Of a DNA stretch of 64,000 bases, positions 51,645-61,173 are shown piece after piece. Position numbers and translations under genes: made by a program. The DNA is from Jatrophihabitans sp. Lineage in GTDB: Bacteria > Actinomycetota > Actinomycetes > Mycobacteriales > Jatrophihabitantaceae. The stretch covers positions 614-64,613 of the forward strand of contig NZ_DASYFV010000070.1 of the NCBI RefSeq assembly GCF_036000465.1, read 5' to 3'. The notes under the pieces are model-generated. The model was not told the DNA's origin. It did no database searches and saw nothing but the letters and a program-made list of their open reading frames with translations. How positions within the stretch are numbered: position 1 is the first letter of the stretch; each line of letters starts with the position of its first letter.

Positions 51645-52154
51645 TCAGTCGAACTCGGTGAGCACCAGCCAGGTCTTGCCGTCGATCAGCTCGCGGGCGG
51701 CGTCGAGGTGCCCGGCGTGGGTCGAGGTCTCGACGATGACGTGCAGCAGCAGATCGCGCGCGTTCTCGAGTCGCCAGTCGCCGAACAGCTCCCGCGGCCA
51801 CCACGCGGGCTCGGCGTCGAGATCGGTCGCGGCCACGGCCGCGTCGGAACGCTCGGCCGCCTCGCGGTACGCGGCGAGGATCGGCGCGGCCGCCGCATCG
51901 GCCGGCACGTGCCACACGCCGGTGTCGGTGCGCGAGTCGAGCTGCGCGATCGCCGCCGGCTCGCCGGTGAGTACGGCACCGAACCAGAAGCGCTCGACGT
52001 CGACGGTCAGGTGCTGGACGAGACCCAACGCGCTCCACCCGCTCGGCAGCACCGGCCGGTGCAGCGCGGCGTCGTCGAGGCCGTCCAGCGCGCCGAGCAC
52101 GTGGCGGCGCCCCGAGCGCAGGTGGTCGAGCAGCATGGCCCTTTCGTCGGTCAT
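51645..52154 (-). CDS. DinB/DUF664 family protein
   Basis: PSGWS.LGLVQHL, ETSTHAGHLDAARELIDG. Confidence 0.88.
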   Translation of the reverse strand: MTDERAMLLDHLRSGRRHVLGALDGLDDAALHRPVLPSGWSALGLVQHLTVDVERFWFGAVLTGEPAAIAQLDSRTDTGVWHVPADAAAAPILAAYREAAERSDAAVAATDLDAEPAWWPRELFGDWRLENARDLLLHVIVETSTHAGHLDAARELIDGKTWLVLTEFD

Positions 52155-52219
52155 GCCGCCATCGTTCCAGGTCGCGATCCGGAGCCGGCGGCGACCGTGC
52201 GCCGACCTACGGGTGAATC

Positions 52220-52271
52220 CTGCCCGAATTCGGGCAGATAGTTGCAACCAGACGGGCGGGACGGGCATCGT
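52220..52271 (+). promoter_or_regulatory. 18-bp perfect palindrome followed by TTGCAA-N18-CATCGT promoter
   Basis: CTGCCCGAATTCGGGCAG at 52220-52237; -35 at 52242; -10 at 52266, 6 nt before GTG. Confidence 0.6.
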
Positions 52272-52277
52272 GGCCGG

Positions 52278-52538
52278 GTGATCGATCGTCCGCTCGTCGA
52301 ACGCGTCGCCGCGTCGACCGGGCTCGCGCCGGGTGAGGCGGCCCGCGTCGTCGACGACGTCCTCGCCTGGTACCGCGAGAGCGTCGAGTCCTACGTGGTC
52401 CGCCGGCACGGCGAACTGCGCCTGCGCGGGCAGCACAACCCGGAGATCTTCCGGGCGATCGCGGCCGAGCTCGCCGAGCGGGTGGTGGCGGCGCCGTCCC
52501 TGACCGAACGCCAGCTCCGCCGCATCGTCTACGGCTGA
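52278..52538 (+). CDS. Small hypothetical protein upstream of glmS
   Basis: 86 aa helical-looking ORF with typical codon usage, ending RQLRRIVYG. Confidence 0.75.
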   Translation: MIDRPLVERVAASTGLAPGEAARVVDDVLAWYRESVESYVVRRHGELRLRGQHNPEIFRAIAAELAERVVAAPSLTERQLRRIVYG

Positions 52539-52584
52539 GCCCACCGAGCGAACAGAGCCCACCGAGAGAAATGAGAGCACCACC

Positions 52585-54405
52585 ATGTGCGGAATCGTCG
52601 GCTACGTCGGACGGCAGAACGCCGTCCCGATCGTCCTGGAGAGCCTGGCCCGGCTGGAGTACCGCGGCTACGACTCGGCCGGGATCGCGGTCGGCTCGGA
52701 GCGCGGGACGCGGATCTTCCGCCGCGTCGGACGGGTACGCGACCTCGAGGCGTCCCTGCCGAAACGGCTGTCCGGTCGCACCGGCATCGGGCACACCCGT
52801 TGGGCCACCCACGGCTCGGTGATCGAGGCGAACGCGCACCCGCAGACGAGCGCCGACGGACGCATCAGCGTGGTGCACAACGGCATGATCGACAACGCGG
52901 CGGCCTTACGGGCCGAACTCGAGGCCGCCGGCGTCGCGTTCGCCTCGGAGACCGACACCGAGGTGATCGCGCAGCTGATCGCCCGGGCCCGGGCGGACAC
53001 GCCGGAGGCCGCCGTTCTCGATGCGCTGGCCCGGGTCACCGGCACCTACGCGGTCGTCGTCCTCGACGCCCAGCACCCCGATCGCCTCGTCCTGGCCCGC
53101 AACGGGTCGCCGCTGATCATCGGCGTCGGCGATCACGAGATGTTCGTCGCCAGCGACCTGAGCGCGATCGTGCGGCACACGTCGTCCGTCGTCATGCTCG
53201 ACGACGGCGAACTGGCCACGGTGACCGCGGACTCGTTCCGCACCTTCACCCGCGAGGAGTCGGACACCGCCCGGACCCCGACCGACGTCGACCTCGCCGT
53301 CGAGGGCATCGAGCTCGGCGACCACGCGCACTTCATGCACAAGGAGATGCACGATCAGCCGGCCGCGGTCGAGAGCGTGCTGCGCGGGCGGCTCGACGAC
53401 CGGTTCGGCACCGCCCGCCTCGACGGCCTCAACCTGAGCGCGCGCGAGCTGCGCGAGTTCCGCCGGGTGAAGATCCTGGGCTGCGGCTCGGCGTACTACG
53501 TCGGCCAGCTCGGCGCCGGGCTCATCGAGGAACTCGCACGCGTCCCGGCCGACGCCGAGGCGGCGTCGGAGTTCCGCTACCGCAACCCGATCATCGAGCC
53601 CGACACGCTCTACATCGTGGTGAGCCAGTCGGGCGAGACCGCCGACACCGCCTTCGCGGTGCGCGAGATCAAGCGGAAGGGCGGACGCGTCGTCGGGTTG
53701 GTGAACGTCGCCGGATCCTCGATCGCCCGGGAGGTCGACGGCGGGCTGTACCTGCACGCCGGCCCCGAGGTCGCGGTCGCCTCGACCAAGGCGCTGACGA
53801 ACATGGCGGTCGCATTCGCGCTCGTCGCCCTGATGCTCGGCCGCGTGCGCGACCTCTCCTTCGCCGACGGCGGGCGCATCGTCGCCGGTCTGCGGGCCCT
53901 GCCGGAGCAGATCGGGCAGATCCTGGCCGAGGAGCAGCGGATCGCCGAGGTGGCCGCGGATCTCGCCGCCGCCTCGAGCCTGTTCTTCGTCGGGCGGGTG
54001 CAGGGCTACCCGGTCGCGCGGGAGGGAGCGCAGAAGTTCAAGGAGATCTCCTACCGGCACGCCGAGGCCTACCCGGCGAGCGAACTCAAGCACGGTCCGC
54101 TGGCCCTGATCGACGCCTCGCTGCCGACGGTCGCGATCCTGCCGGACGACGCGCTGCTGGACCGCAACCGCGCGGCCGTGCAGCAGATCGCCGCACGGGG
54201 CGGCCCGGTCGTGGCGGTCACCCACCCTGGGGTCGACGTCGGCATCGAGGGCGCGCCGACTGTGGTCGTGCCCAAGAGCGAGCCGGAACTCGATCCGATC
54301 CTGATGACGATCCCGCTGCAGCTACTCGCCTATCACGCCGCGGTCACCCTGGGCCTCGACGTGGACAAGCCGCGGAACCTCGCGAAGTCGGTGACGGTCG
54401 AGTAG
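52585..54405 (+). CDS. glmS: Glutamine--fructose-6-phosphate aminotransferase
   Basis: MCGIVGY, LEYRGYDSAG, GHTRWATHG, HNG, SQSGETAD, ELKHGP, PRNLAKSVTVE. Confidence 0.97.
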   Translation: MCGIVGYVGRQNAVPIVLESLARLEYRGYDSAGIAVGSERGTRIFRRVGRVRDLEASLPKRLSGRTGIGHTRWATHGSVIEANAHPQTSADGRISVVHNGMIDNAAALRAELEAAGVAFASETDTEVIAQLIARARADTPEAAVLDALARVTGTYAVVVLDAQHPDRLVLARNGSPLIIGVGDHEMFVASDLSAIVRHTSSVVMLDDGELATVTADSFRTFTREESDTARTPTDVDLAVEGIELGDHAHFMHKEMHDQPAAVESVLRGRLDDRFGTARLDGLNLSARELREFRRVKILGCGSAYYVGQLGAGLIEELARVPADAEAASEFRYRNPIIEPDTLYIVVSQSGETADTAFAVREIKRKGGRVVGLVNVAGSSIAREVDGGLYLHAGPEVAVASTKALTNMAVAFALVALMLGRVRDLSFADGGRIVAGLRALPEQIGQILAEEQRIAEVAADLAAASSLFFVGRVQGYPVAREGAQKFKEISYRHAEAYPASELKHGPLALIDASLPTVAILPDDALLDRNRAAVQQIAARGGPVVAVTHPGVDVGIEGAPTVVVPKSEPELDPILMTIPLQLLAYHAAVTLGLDVDKPRNLAKSVTVE

Positions 54406-54450
54406 CGCAGCCTTCCTCAAGATCGTCTCGAGGCAACCGATTCAAACCGC

Positions 54451-54756
54451 GTGACTGCCGACATGTCCGACATCCCGGGCCGCACGACCGTGACGGGGAG
54501 CGAGGCGCTCCACCAGATCGCGCAGGCCCGCTACGAACTGGAGCGGCCGCACCTCATGCTCGCAGCAGTGGGTCGACGCCCGCTGATCCCCTCCGACGTC
54601 CGGGCTCGCCTCGCCTCGCTCGCCGCCGAGCTGCCGACACCGTCGCCGGAGTCCGATCGTGGAGGTCTCGCCCGCGACGTCGAACAGGCCGGTGTGCTGC
54701 ATGCGGAGGGGCGCCGAGTGTTGTTCGGCTGGCTGAACAGCACCCGGAACGGCTGA
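54451..54756 (+). CDS. Hypothetical protein (101 aa)
   Basis: High-GC3 ORF filling the gap; no recognised motif. Confidence 0.6.
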   Translation: MTADMSDIPGRTTVTGSEALHQIAQARYELERPHLMLAAVGRRPLIPSDVRARLASLAAELPTPSPESDRGGLARDVEQAGVLHAEGRRVLFGWLNSTRNG

Positions 54757-54799
54757 CGGCACCAGGGCCCGATCGACGCATCGCGATCAGCGGAATCTG

Positions 54800-54873
54800 T
54801 CGGGGTGACAGGATTTGAACCTGCGGCCTCTTCGTCCCGAACGAAGCACGCTACCAAGCTGCGCCACACCCCG
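54800..54873 (-). tRNA. tRNA-Pro(CGG), CCA not encoded
   Basis: CGGGGTG...CACCCCG-A acceptor stem, anticodon arm CTTCG-TTCGGGA-CGAAG, GTTCAAATCC. Confidence 0.97.
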
Positions 54874-54913
54874 AAGTGCAACCGCTCCAGCATAACCGGT
54901 GCCCGGAACGGGT

Positions 54914-55810
54914 TCAGCCACGGCCTCCGCGCGGGACGAGGGTGAGCAGGGTGGCCTCGGGGCGACAGCAGAAGCGCACCGGCGCGTAGGGGTTGGTGCC
55001 CAGGCCGGAGCAGATGTGGAAGTACATGCCGCCGTCCCACTGGTGCAGCCAGCGGGCCCGGCGGCGATCGATGCCACAGTTCGTGACGATCGCCGGGCCG
55101 AACGGAACGCGGATCTGGCCGCCGTGGGTGTGCCCGGCCAGCAGCAGGTCGTAGCCGTCCCGGGCAAAGGCCTCCAGCAGCGCGGGCTCGGGGGAGTGCG
55201 TGACCCCGATGCGCACCCCGGCGGCGGGTTCGGCCGGCCCGGCGATGCGCTCGTAGCGGGCCTTGCGCAGATGCGGGTCGTCGGTGCCGGCGAAGGCCAC
55301 CTTGGTCGAGGCGGCCTCGAGCACGGTGCGGACATGGGTCAGGTCGGTCCAGCCCCCGGCCGCCATCGCGCGGGCCAGTTCGGGCCAGGGCAGCCGCTCG
55401 CCGTGCACCCGGTTCGACTCGGGAAAGAAGTAGCGCACCGGGTTCTTCGGCTTCGGCGCGTAGTAGTCGTTGTTGCCCGGCACGAACACGCCGGGAAAGG
55501 CGAGCAGCGGTTCGAGCGAGTGCATGACGGCCGGGATCGCGTCGGCGGCCGAGAGCGTGTCGCCGGTGTTGACGACGAGGTCGGGCTCGAGCCGGGCGAG
55601 GTCGCGGATCCAGGCGTGCTTGCGCGCCTGCCGCGCGGTGATGTGCAGGTCGGACACGTGCAGGATGCGCAGCGGCGCCGCGCCCTCGGCGAGCACCGGC
55701 ACGTCGAACTGGCGCAGCGTGAACGCATTGCGCTCGACGAGGCCGCCGTAGAGCAGGCAGCCGACGCCGGCGGCGCCGACGGTGGCGGTCAGGCGGCCGG
55801 CGGTGTTCAT
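54914..55810 (-). CDS. Metallophosphoesterase (Rv3683-like)
   Basis: SDLH, TGD, GNND, GHTHGGQ. Confidence 0.92.
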   Translation of the reverse strand: MNTAGRLTATVGAAGVGCLLYGGLVERNAFTLRQFDVPVLAEGAAPLRILHVSDLHITARQARKHAWIRDLARLEPDLVVNTGDTLSAADAIPAVMHSLEPLLAFPGVFVPGNNDYYAPKPKNPVRYFFPESNRVHGERLPWPELARAMAAGGWTDLTHVRTVLEAASTKVAFAGTDDPHLRKARYERIAGPAEPAAGVRIGVTHSPEPALLEAFARDGYDLLLAGHTHGGQIRVPFGPAIVTNCGIDRRRARWLHQWDGGMYFHICSGLGTNPYAPVRFCCRPEATLLTLVPRGGRG

Positions 55811-55897
55811 CCGGCCAGAGTACGTAACGACCGCACCCCGACGCGGCGGCGCTCAGCGGCGGCAATCCGTTGCCGTCGCGTCGGTACCGTTGCGACC

Positions 55898-56350
55898 ATG
55901 GCCGAACTGAAGGCGCGACTGCACGCCGACCTCACCACTGCGATGAAGGCTCGCGACGAGCTGACCACCGCAACGCTGCGCATGGTGCTCGCGGCCGTCA
56001 CGACCGAGGAGGTCGCGGGCAAGACCGCCCGCGAGCTCTCCGACGACGAGGTGCAGAAGGTCCTCGCCCGCGAGGGCAAGAAGCGCCGCGAGGCCGCCGA
56101 GGCGTTCGACGCCGCGCACCGCACCGAGCTGGCGGCCCGCGAACGGGCCGAGGGTGGCGTCCTCGAGCGCTACCTGCCGGCCCAGCTCGGCGACGACGAG
56201 CTCGTCGAACTGGTCCGCGCGGCGGTCGCCGAGACCGGTGCCTCCGGCCCGCAGGCCATGGGCTCGGTGATGAAGGTCGTGCAGCCGCGGGTGGCCGGCC
56301 GGGCCGACGGCAGGCGGGTCAGCGACGAGGTGCGCCGCCAGCTCGCCTGA
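55898..56350 (+). CDS. GatB/YqeY domain protein
   Basis: AMKARD..T.RM, KKRREAA, E..VLERYLP, MGSVMK. Confidence 0.93.
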   Translation: MAELKARLHADLTTAMKARDELTTATLRMVLAAVTTEEVAGKTARELSDDEVQKVLAREGKKRREAAEAFDAAHRTELAARERAEGGVLERYLPAQLGDDELVELVRAAVAETGASGPQAMGSVMKVVQPRVAGRADGRRVSDEVRRQLA

Positions 56351-56357
56351 CCGGCGA

Positions 56358-58817
56358 TCAGTGGCCCGGGCCGTGCGACTTCGTGCGGGTGGGCGGGGCC
56401 GGCAGGGACGGGCTCGGGTTCGGCACCGACGAGGAGCCATGCGGCGCCGGCCCCCTCGACCTCGGTGGCGGCGGCACGTAGACCGGCTTCGGGACGTACA
56501 CCGGCTGCGACTTGCCGGTGCTGAGGCAGACCGTGACCAGGGAGCCGGCCGGGGCGCGGGTCGGACCGTAGTAGCCGACGGTGTCGAGCGGCTGGTCGCT
56601 CGGGCAGAGGTCGGTGCTGCTGCCGGTGAGCAGACGCAGGCCGAAGTTCGCCTGCGCGAGCGTGCGCTTCGCGTCGTCGATCGTCTGGCCGAGGATGTAC
56701 GGGACGTCGTTCCCGGGCACGGAGTCGGGCGACTTCCAGCTCCAGGTCTGGTTCCCCAGCGTGGTGCCGAGCGCGTTCACCCAGATCGACGACGCGTACT
56801 TGCCGTACGCGGTGCCGTCCTTGATGCCGGGAAGACCGGTGGCGGCGCGGAACGGGTAGTCGAAGTTGATCAGAGCGCTGGTGGCGACGAGGTTCGGCGT
56901 CATGCCGACGAACCAGATCGAGGCGTTCTTGTCGCTCGGCCGCCCGCGGGAATCGACCGCACCGACCGTGCCGGTCTTGCCGGCGACGACGCTGTGGCCG
57001 TCGGAGTACCAGCTCTGGAACGCCTGGTACGACGTGCCGTCACCCTGGGTGTCACCGGTCAGGATGTCGACCGCCTGCCGCGCCACCTGCGGGGCGACGA
57101 CCTGGACGCCGGCGGTGCGCCGCACCGGCAGCGCCTGGCCGTTGCTGTCGGTGATGGACGAGACCGGCGCGGGGGCGTAGAAGCGGCCGTCGTTGGCGAT
57201 CGCGGCGTAGGCGCCGGCCATCTCCAGCGGGCTGGCCGGCACGCTGCCGAGCACGAAGCGCTGGGCCTGCTGCTGGGCGTTGATCTCCTGGCCCAGCGTG
57301 AGCTTCTGCAGGTCACCCGGCTGGCCCAGGCTGCTGATGCCGAGCTTCTGCGCCAGCGTGATCATCGGGTCCAGCTTGCAGCCGAGGAACTGGTCGGCGA
57401 AGCCGACGAAGAACGTGTTGGACGACTTGACCGTGGCCGAGCGGAGGGATTCGTTGAGGTTGTAGCTCTCGTCGGCGTCACCGTTGCTCGACTTGCTCTT
57501 CACCGCGCAGTTCTGCGTCGTGTAGCTGCCGCTGTTGCCGACGGTCTCGAGCTGCCACGTCGTCGGCACGCCCGTCTCGAGCGCGGTGAGCAGCGGGAAC
57601 AGCTTGAACGTCGACGCCGAGGGCGAGACGTGGCTGGTGAACACCGGCTGCTCGGTCTCGCCCGGGCCGGTGCCGTAGCGCTTGCTGGTGGCCATGGCCA
57701 GGATGTCGCCCGACCGCGGGTCGACCACCGGCAGCACCGAGGTCATCGGCGACTTCGCCGGGATCAACTTGTCGATCCGGGACTGCGCGCTGTTCTGGAT
57801 CGCCGGGTCGAGCGTGGTGACGATCTTCAGGCCACCGGTCTGCAGCTCGCTGTCGGAGATCTTGTTGACCGTCTCCAGCCAGTTGCGGGTGTATTCGCAG
57901 AAGAACGCGGCATTGAGGACGGTCGTGGACGCGTTGGCGCAGCCCTGCTTCACCTGCGGCGGGGCGTCGGTGGCGAGCTGGATCGGCAGCGCCATCTGGC
58001 GGTCGGCCTCGGCCTGGGGGAGCTTGCCGACGTCGACGAGGTTCTGCAGCACCTGGTCGCGGCGTTCCTTCGCGGCCGCGCGGTTCAGGAACGGGTCGTA
58101 GGCCGACGGCGCGCGCAGCATGCCGACCAGCAGGGCACCCTCGCCGAGGGTCAGGTTCTTGGCCGGCTTGTTGAAGTAGGTCTGGGCCGCGGTCTCGATG
58201 CCGTAGGCGTGCTCGCCGAAGAAGGCGATGTTGAGGTAGTTGGTGAGGATCGTGCCCTTGGACTCGTGCAGGGTGCCCTCGATGTAGAGGGCGCACTTCG
58301 CGTCCTCGATCTTGCGCTGCAGGTTCTGGTCGATGGCCGCCTGCTGCTTCGCCACGTTGTCGCCGGCCTGGTAGTACCGGATCTGCTTGACGTACTGCAT
58401 CGTCAGCGTCGACCCGCCCTGGGTGTCGCCGCTGCTGGTGCTGACGGCCGAGCGCAGCAGGCCGCGCATGTCGACGCCGTGGTGGCTGTAGAAGCGGCGG
58501 TCCTCGGTGGCGACCAGGGCGTCCTGCACCGACTGGGGGATGTCCTTCAGCGACACCGGCTGGCGGTCCTGGCTGAACAGGGTGGCGATCTGGGTCTTGC
58601 CGTCCTTCGCGTACAGGGTGGTGCGCTGCGGCGGCTTGCTCTCCTGCAGGTTGCATGCGGTGTCCCGGAACCGGTCGGCCTCGTGGCCGGCCACCAGGCC
58701 GAGCCCTCCGACGTAGGGCAGCGCGAGCCCGGCCACCAGCACGCCCGCTGCCACGAGGGCGGCCACGAGCTTGCCGAGCGTCAAGAACGGATTGGGGCTT
58801 CCCGGAATACCTGCCAC
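56358..58817 (-). CDS. ponA2: Class A penicillin-binding protein with PASTA domain
   Basis: EDRRF, GGSTLTMQ, YLN; transpeptidase STFK, SSN, KTG; PASTA-like VPYILGQT; Pro-rich tail. Confidence 0.93.
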   Translation of the reverse strand: MAGIPGSPNPFLTLGKLVAALVAAGVLVAGLALPYVGGLGLVAGHEADRFRDTACNLQESKPPQRTTLYAKDGKTQIATLFSQDRQPVSLKDIPQSVQDALVATEDRRFYSHHGVDMRGLLRSAVSTSSGDTQGGSTLTMQYVKQIRYYQAGDNVAKQQAAIDQNLQRKIEDAKCALYIEGTLHESKGTILTNYLNIAFFGEHAYGIETAAQTYFNKPAKNLTLGEGALLVGMLRAPSAYDPFLNRAAAKERRDQVLQNLVDVGKLPQAEADRQMALPIQLATDAPPQVKQGCANASTTVLNAAFFCEYTRNWLETVNKISDSELQTGGLKIVTTLDPAIQNSAQSRIDKLIPAKSPMTSVLPVVDPRSGDILAMATSKRYGTGPGETEQPVFTSHVSPSASTFKLFPLLTALETGVPTTWQLETVGNSGSYTTQNCAVKSKSSNGDADESYNLNESLRSATVKSSNTFFVGFADQFLGCKLDPMITLAQKLGISSLGQPGDLQKLTLGQEINAQQQAQRFVLGSVPASPLEMAGAYAAIANDGRFYAPAPVSSITDSNGQALPVRRTAGVQVVAPQVARQAVDILTGDTQGDGTSYQAFQSWYSDGHSVVAGKTGTVGAVDSRGRPSDKNASIWFVGMTPNLVATSALINFDYPFRAATGLPGIKDGTAYGKYASSIWVNALGTTLGNQTWSWKSPDSVPGNDVPYILGQTIDDAKRTLAQANFGLRLLTGSSTDLCPSDQPLDTVGYYGPTRAPAGSLVTVCLSTGKSQPVYVPKPVYVPPPPRSRGPAPHGSSSVPNPSPSLPAPPTRTKSHGPGH

Positions 58818-58915
58818 GAGGCATCAGGGTACGTGGGTATCGGGACATCCCGCCCCGATCCTCTGGTTCGGCTCAGTTGTGCGGACGCCCGAAACCGGCG
58901 GTGCGGCCCGGAACC

Positions 58916-60076
58916 TCAGGACCCGAGCAGGTCGCCGATGGTTCGCAGGCCGTCGAGGTCGTGGACGTCGGCAGGCAGCGCGGGGACCGAAACCAGCGGC
59001 ACGAGCGGATGGGCCGAGGAGAAGCGCTTGGTCATGCGGGCGTCGTGCTCGGCCGCGGTGGCGATCTCGGCGTGCACCCGCAGCGCCGCCTCGGCGAGCG
59101 CCTCGGCCGCGCCGCCGTCCTTCGCGGTCGAGGCCTTCGCGGCGGCGGTGTCGGCGGCGACCTCGGCCCGCGCCGCCGGCATCGGTTCGTCGTTCTCGAC
59201 CGCGGCGGCGCGCCGGACCCGGTTGACGATCACGCCCGACAACGGCATCTGCTCCTGCGACAGGCGCTCGACGAAGTAGGACGCCTCGCGCAGGGCGTCG
59301 GGCTCGGGGGCGGCGACCACGACGAAGGCCGTGCCGGGCTGCTTGAGCAGCTCGTAGGTCTGCTGGGCCCGCTCGCGGAAGCCGCCGAACATCGACTCCA
59401 GGGCGGTGACGAACGTGGACAGGTCGTTCAGCAGGTCGCCGCCGATCACCTTGGTGAAGACGCGGGCCACCATGCCCACCGAGACCGTGACGACCTTCAT
59501 GTAGGCCTTGCCGCCGGCCTTGGCCGGGGCGGTGAGCACCCGGATCATCCGGCCGTCGAGGAAGCGTCCCAACCGGTTCGGGGCGTCGAGGAAGTCCAGC
59601 GCCGAGCGCGACGGCGGAGTGTCGACGATGACGAGATCCCACTCGTTCGCCGCGACGAGCTGGCCCAGCTTCTCCATCGCCATGTACTCCTGCGTGCCGG
59701 CGAAGGACGAGGACAGCGATTGGTAGAAGGGGTTCTTGAAGATCTGCTCGGCCCGTTCCGGCGTCGAGTGCTCGAGCACGACGTCGTCGAACGTCCGCTT
59801 CATGTCGAGCATCATCGCGAAGAGCTGCCCGTTCGCGACGCCCTTGACCTCGCGCGGGGTGTTGTCGAGTTCGGTGAGCCCCATCGACTGCGCGAGCCGG
59901 CGGGCCGGGTCGATGGTGAGCACGACGGTGCGGCGGCCGGCCTCGGCGCCGATGAGCGCCATCGCCGCGGCCGTCGTCGTCTTGCCGACGCCGCCGCTGC
60001 CACAGGTGACGACGACCCGGGTGGCCGGGTCGCGGACGAGCGCGGCGACGTCGAACGGGGGGCTCGCCTTCTTCAC
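58916..60076 (-). CDS. ArsA/Get3-like ATPase (Rv3680-like)
   Basis: GSGGVGKTT, IDPARRL, DTPP. Confidence 0.93.
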   Translation of the reverse strand: MKKASPPFDVAALVRDPATRVVVTCGSGGVGKTTTAAAMALIGAEAGRRTVVLTIDPARRLAQSMGLTELDNTPREVKGVANGQLFAMMLDMKRTFDDVVLEHSTPERAEQIFKNPFYQSLSSSFAGTQEYMAMEKLGQLVAANEWDLVIVDTPPSRSALDFLDAPNRLGRFLDGRMIRVLTAPAKAGGKAYMKVVTVSVGMVARVFTKVIGGDLLNDLSTFVTALESMFGGFRERAQQTYELLKQPGTAFVVVAAPEPDALREASYFVERLSQEQMPLSGVIVNRVRRAAAVENDEPMPAARAEVAADTAAAKASTAKDGGAAEALAEAALRVHAEIATAAEHDARMTKRFSSAHPLVPLVSVPALPADVHDLDGLRTIGDLLGS

Positions 60077-61092
60077 GACTCGTCCTCGACGAAGCAGGCC
60101 GCGAGCTCGGTGAGTTCGCCGAGCTCGACGGGCGGGTTCAGGTCGGGGAGCTCGATACGCGGGAGGTCGAGGGCGTCGAGTCGCTCGGCGTTCTCCTCCT
60201 GCACCCGCTGGCGCTGTGCGTAGTCGGCCATCTCCTGGGCCAGCGCGGGAGCGTGCACGACCGCGACGCCGGCCTTGCGCAGGCCGGCCGCCAGCGCCTT
60301 GACGTCGACCGTGCCGTCGGCGCCGACCTGACCGGCGCCGATGAGCGCGGGCCGGGCCCGGTTGACGATCACGGCGCCCAGCCGGAAGCCGAGCGCGGCC
60401 AGCTCCCCGGCGGCGTCGATCGTCTCCTGCACCGGCATCTCCTCGAGCAGGGTGACGATGTGCACCGCCGTGCGCGAGCCGTGCAGCAGCTGGATGACGC
60501 CCTCGCTCTGCTTGTTGATCGGGCCGAACTTGGTCAGCTTCGCGACCTCTTGCGTCGCGTCGAGGAAGCGGCCGATGCGGCCGGTCGGGGGCGCGTCGAG
60601 CACGACCGCGTCGTAGGACGGCTTGCCGGCGGAGTCGACCCGGGTGACCGCCTCCTTGACCTTGCCGGTGAGCAGGACGTCGCGCAGGCCGGGCGCGAGC
60701 GTGGTCACGAAGTCGACGGCGCCCATCTTGCGGAGTCCGCGGGCCGAACGCTTGAGGCCGTAGAACATCTCGAGGTACTCGATCATCGCCTGCTCGGGGT
60801 CGATCGCGAGCCCGTACAGCTCACCCCGGTTCGCCATGGTCGTCAGCCGGACCTCTTCGTACGGCATCGGCGGGGTGTCGAAGAGCTGGGCGATGGCCTG
60901 GCGCGACTCGACCTCGACGAGCAGCACCTTCTTGCCGGTCGTCGCGAGCGCCAGGGCCAGGGCAGCGGCGGCGGTGGTCTTACCGGTGCCGCCCTTGCCG
61001 GTGACGACGTGCAGCCGGGCGCCGCTCGGGATGCCCGCGACCAGTGACGCGGGGGCGCTCGCGGGGCTCGCGGCGACGCGGGGGGCGGCCAT
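60073..61092 (-). CDS. ArsA/Get3-like ATPase (Rv3679-like)
   Basis: GKGGTGKTT, DAPPTG, EEMPVQE; stop overlaps the next start. Confidence 0.93.
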   Translation of the reverse strand: MAAPRVAASPASAPASLVAGIPSGARLHVVTGKGGTGKTTAAAALALALATTGKKVLLVEVESRQAIAQLFDTPPMPYEEVRLTTMANRGELYGLAIDPEQAMIEYLEMFYGLKRSARGLRKMGAVDFVTTLAPGLRDVLLTGKVKEAVTRVDSAGKPSYDAVVLDAPPTGRIGRFLDATQEVAKLTKFGPINKQSEGVIQLLHGSRTAVHIVTLLEEMPVQETIDAAGELAALGFRLGAVIVNRARPALIGAGQVGADGTVDVKALAAGLRKAGVAVVHAPALAQEMADYAQRQRVQEENAERLDALDLPRIELPDLNPPVELGELTELAACFVEDES

Positions 61093-61173
61093 GAAGTCAG
61101 CGTAGGAGATGGCGACACCCCTGGCTCGTCGGGAGCCGTCGCGTGTGACCGACGTAGCGGATACGGTCGCGAG

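Noticed and set aside
52539-52584. glmS ribozyme
   Set aside because: Only 46 nt separate the small ORF from glmS, with no ribozyme core.
54406-54450. GATTCAAACC as an att remnant of tRNA-Pro
   Set aside because: The match is too short and in an unsuitable orientation.
58916-61092. arsA pair as arsenic resistance
   Set aside because: No arsB, arsC or arsR is present; this is the conserved Rv3679/Rv3680-type Get3-like pair.
61144-61159. TGTGA-N6-TAGCG as a Crp site
   Set aside because: The second half-site is a poor match to TCACA.
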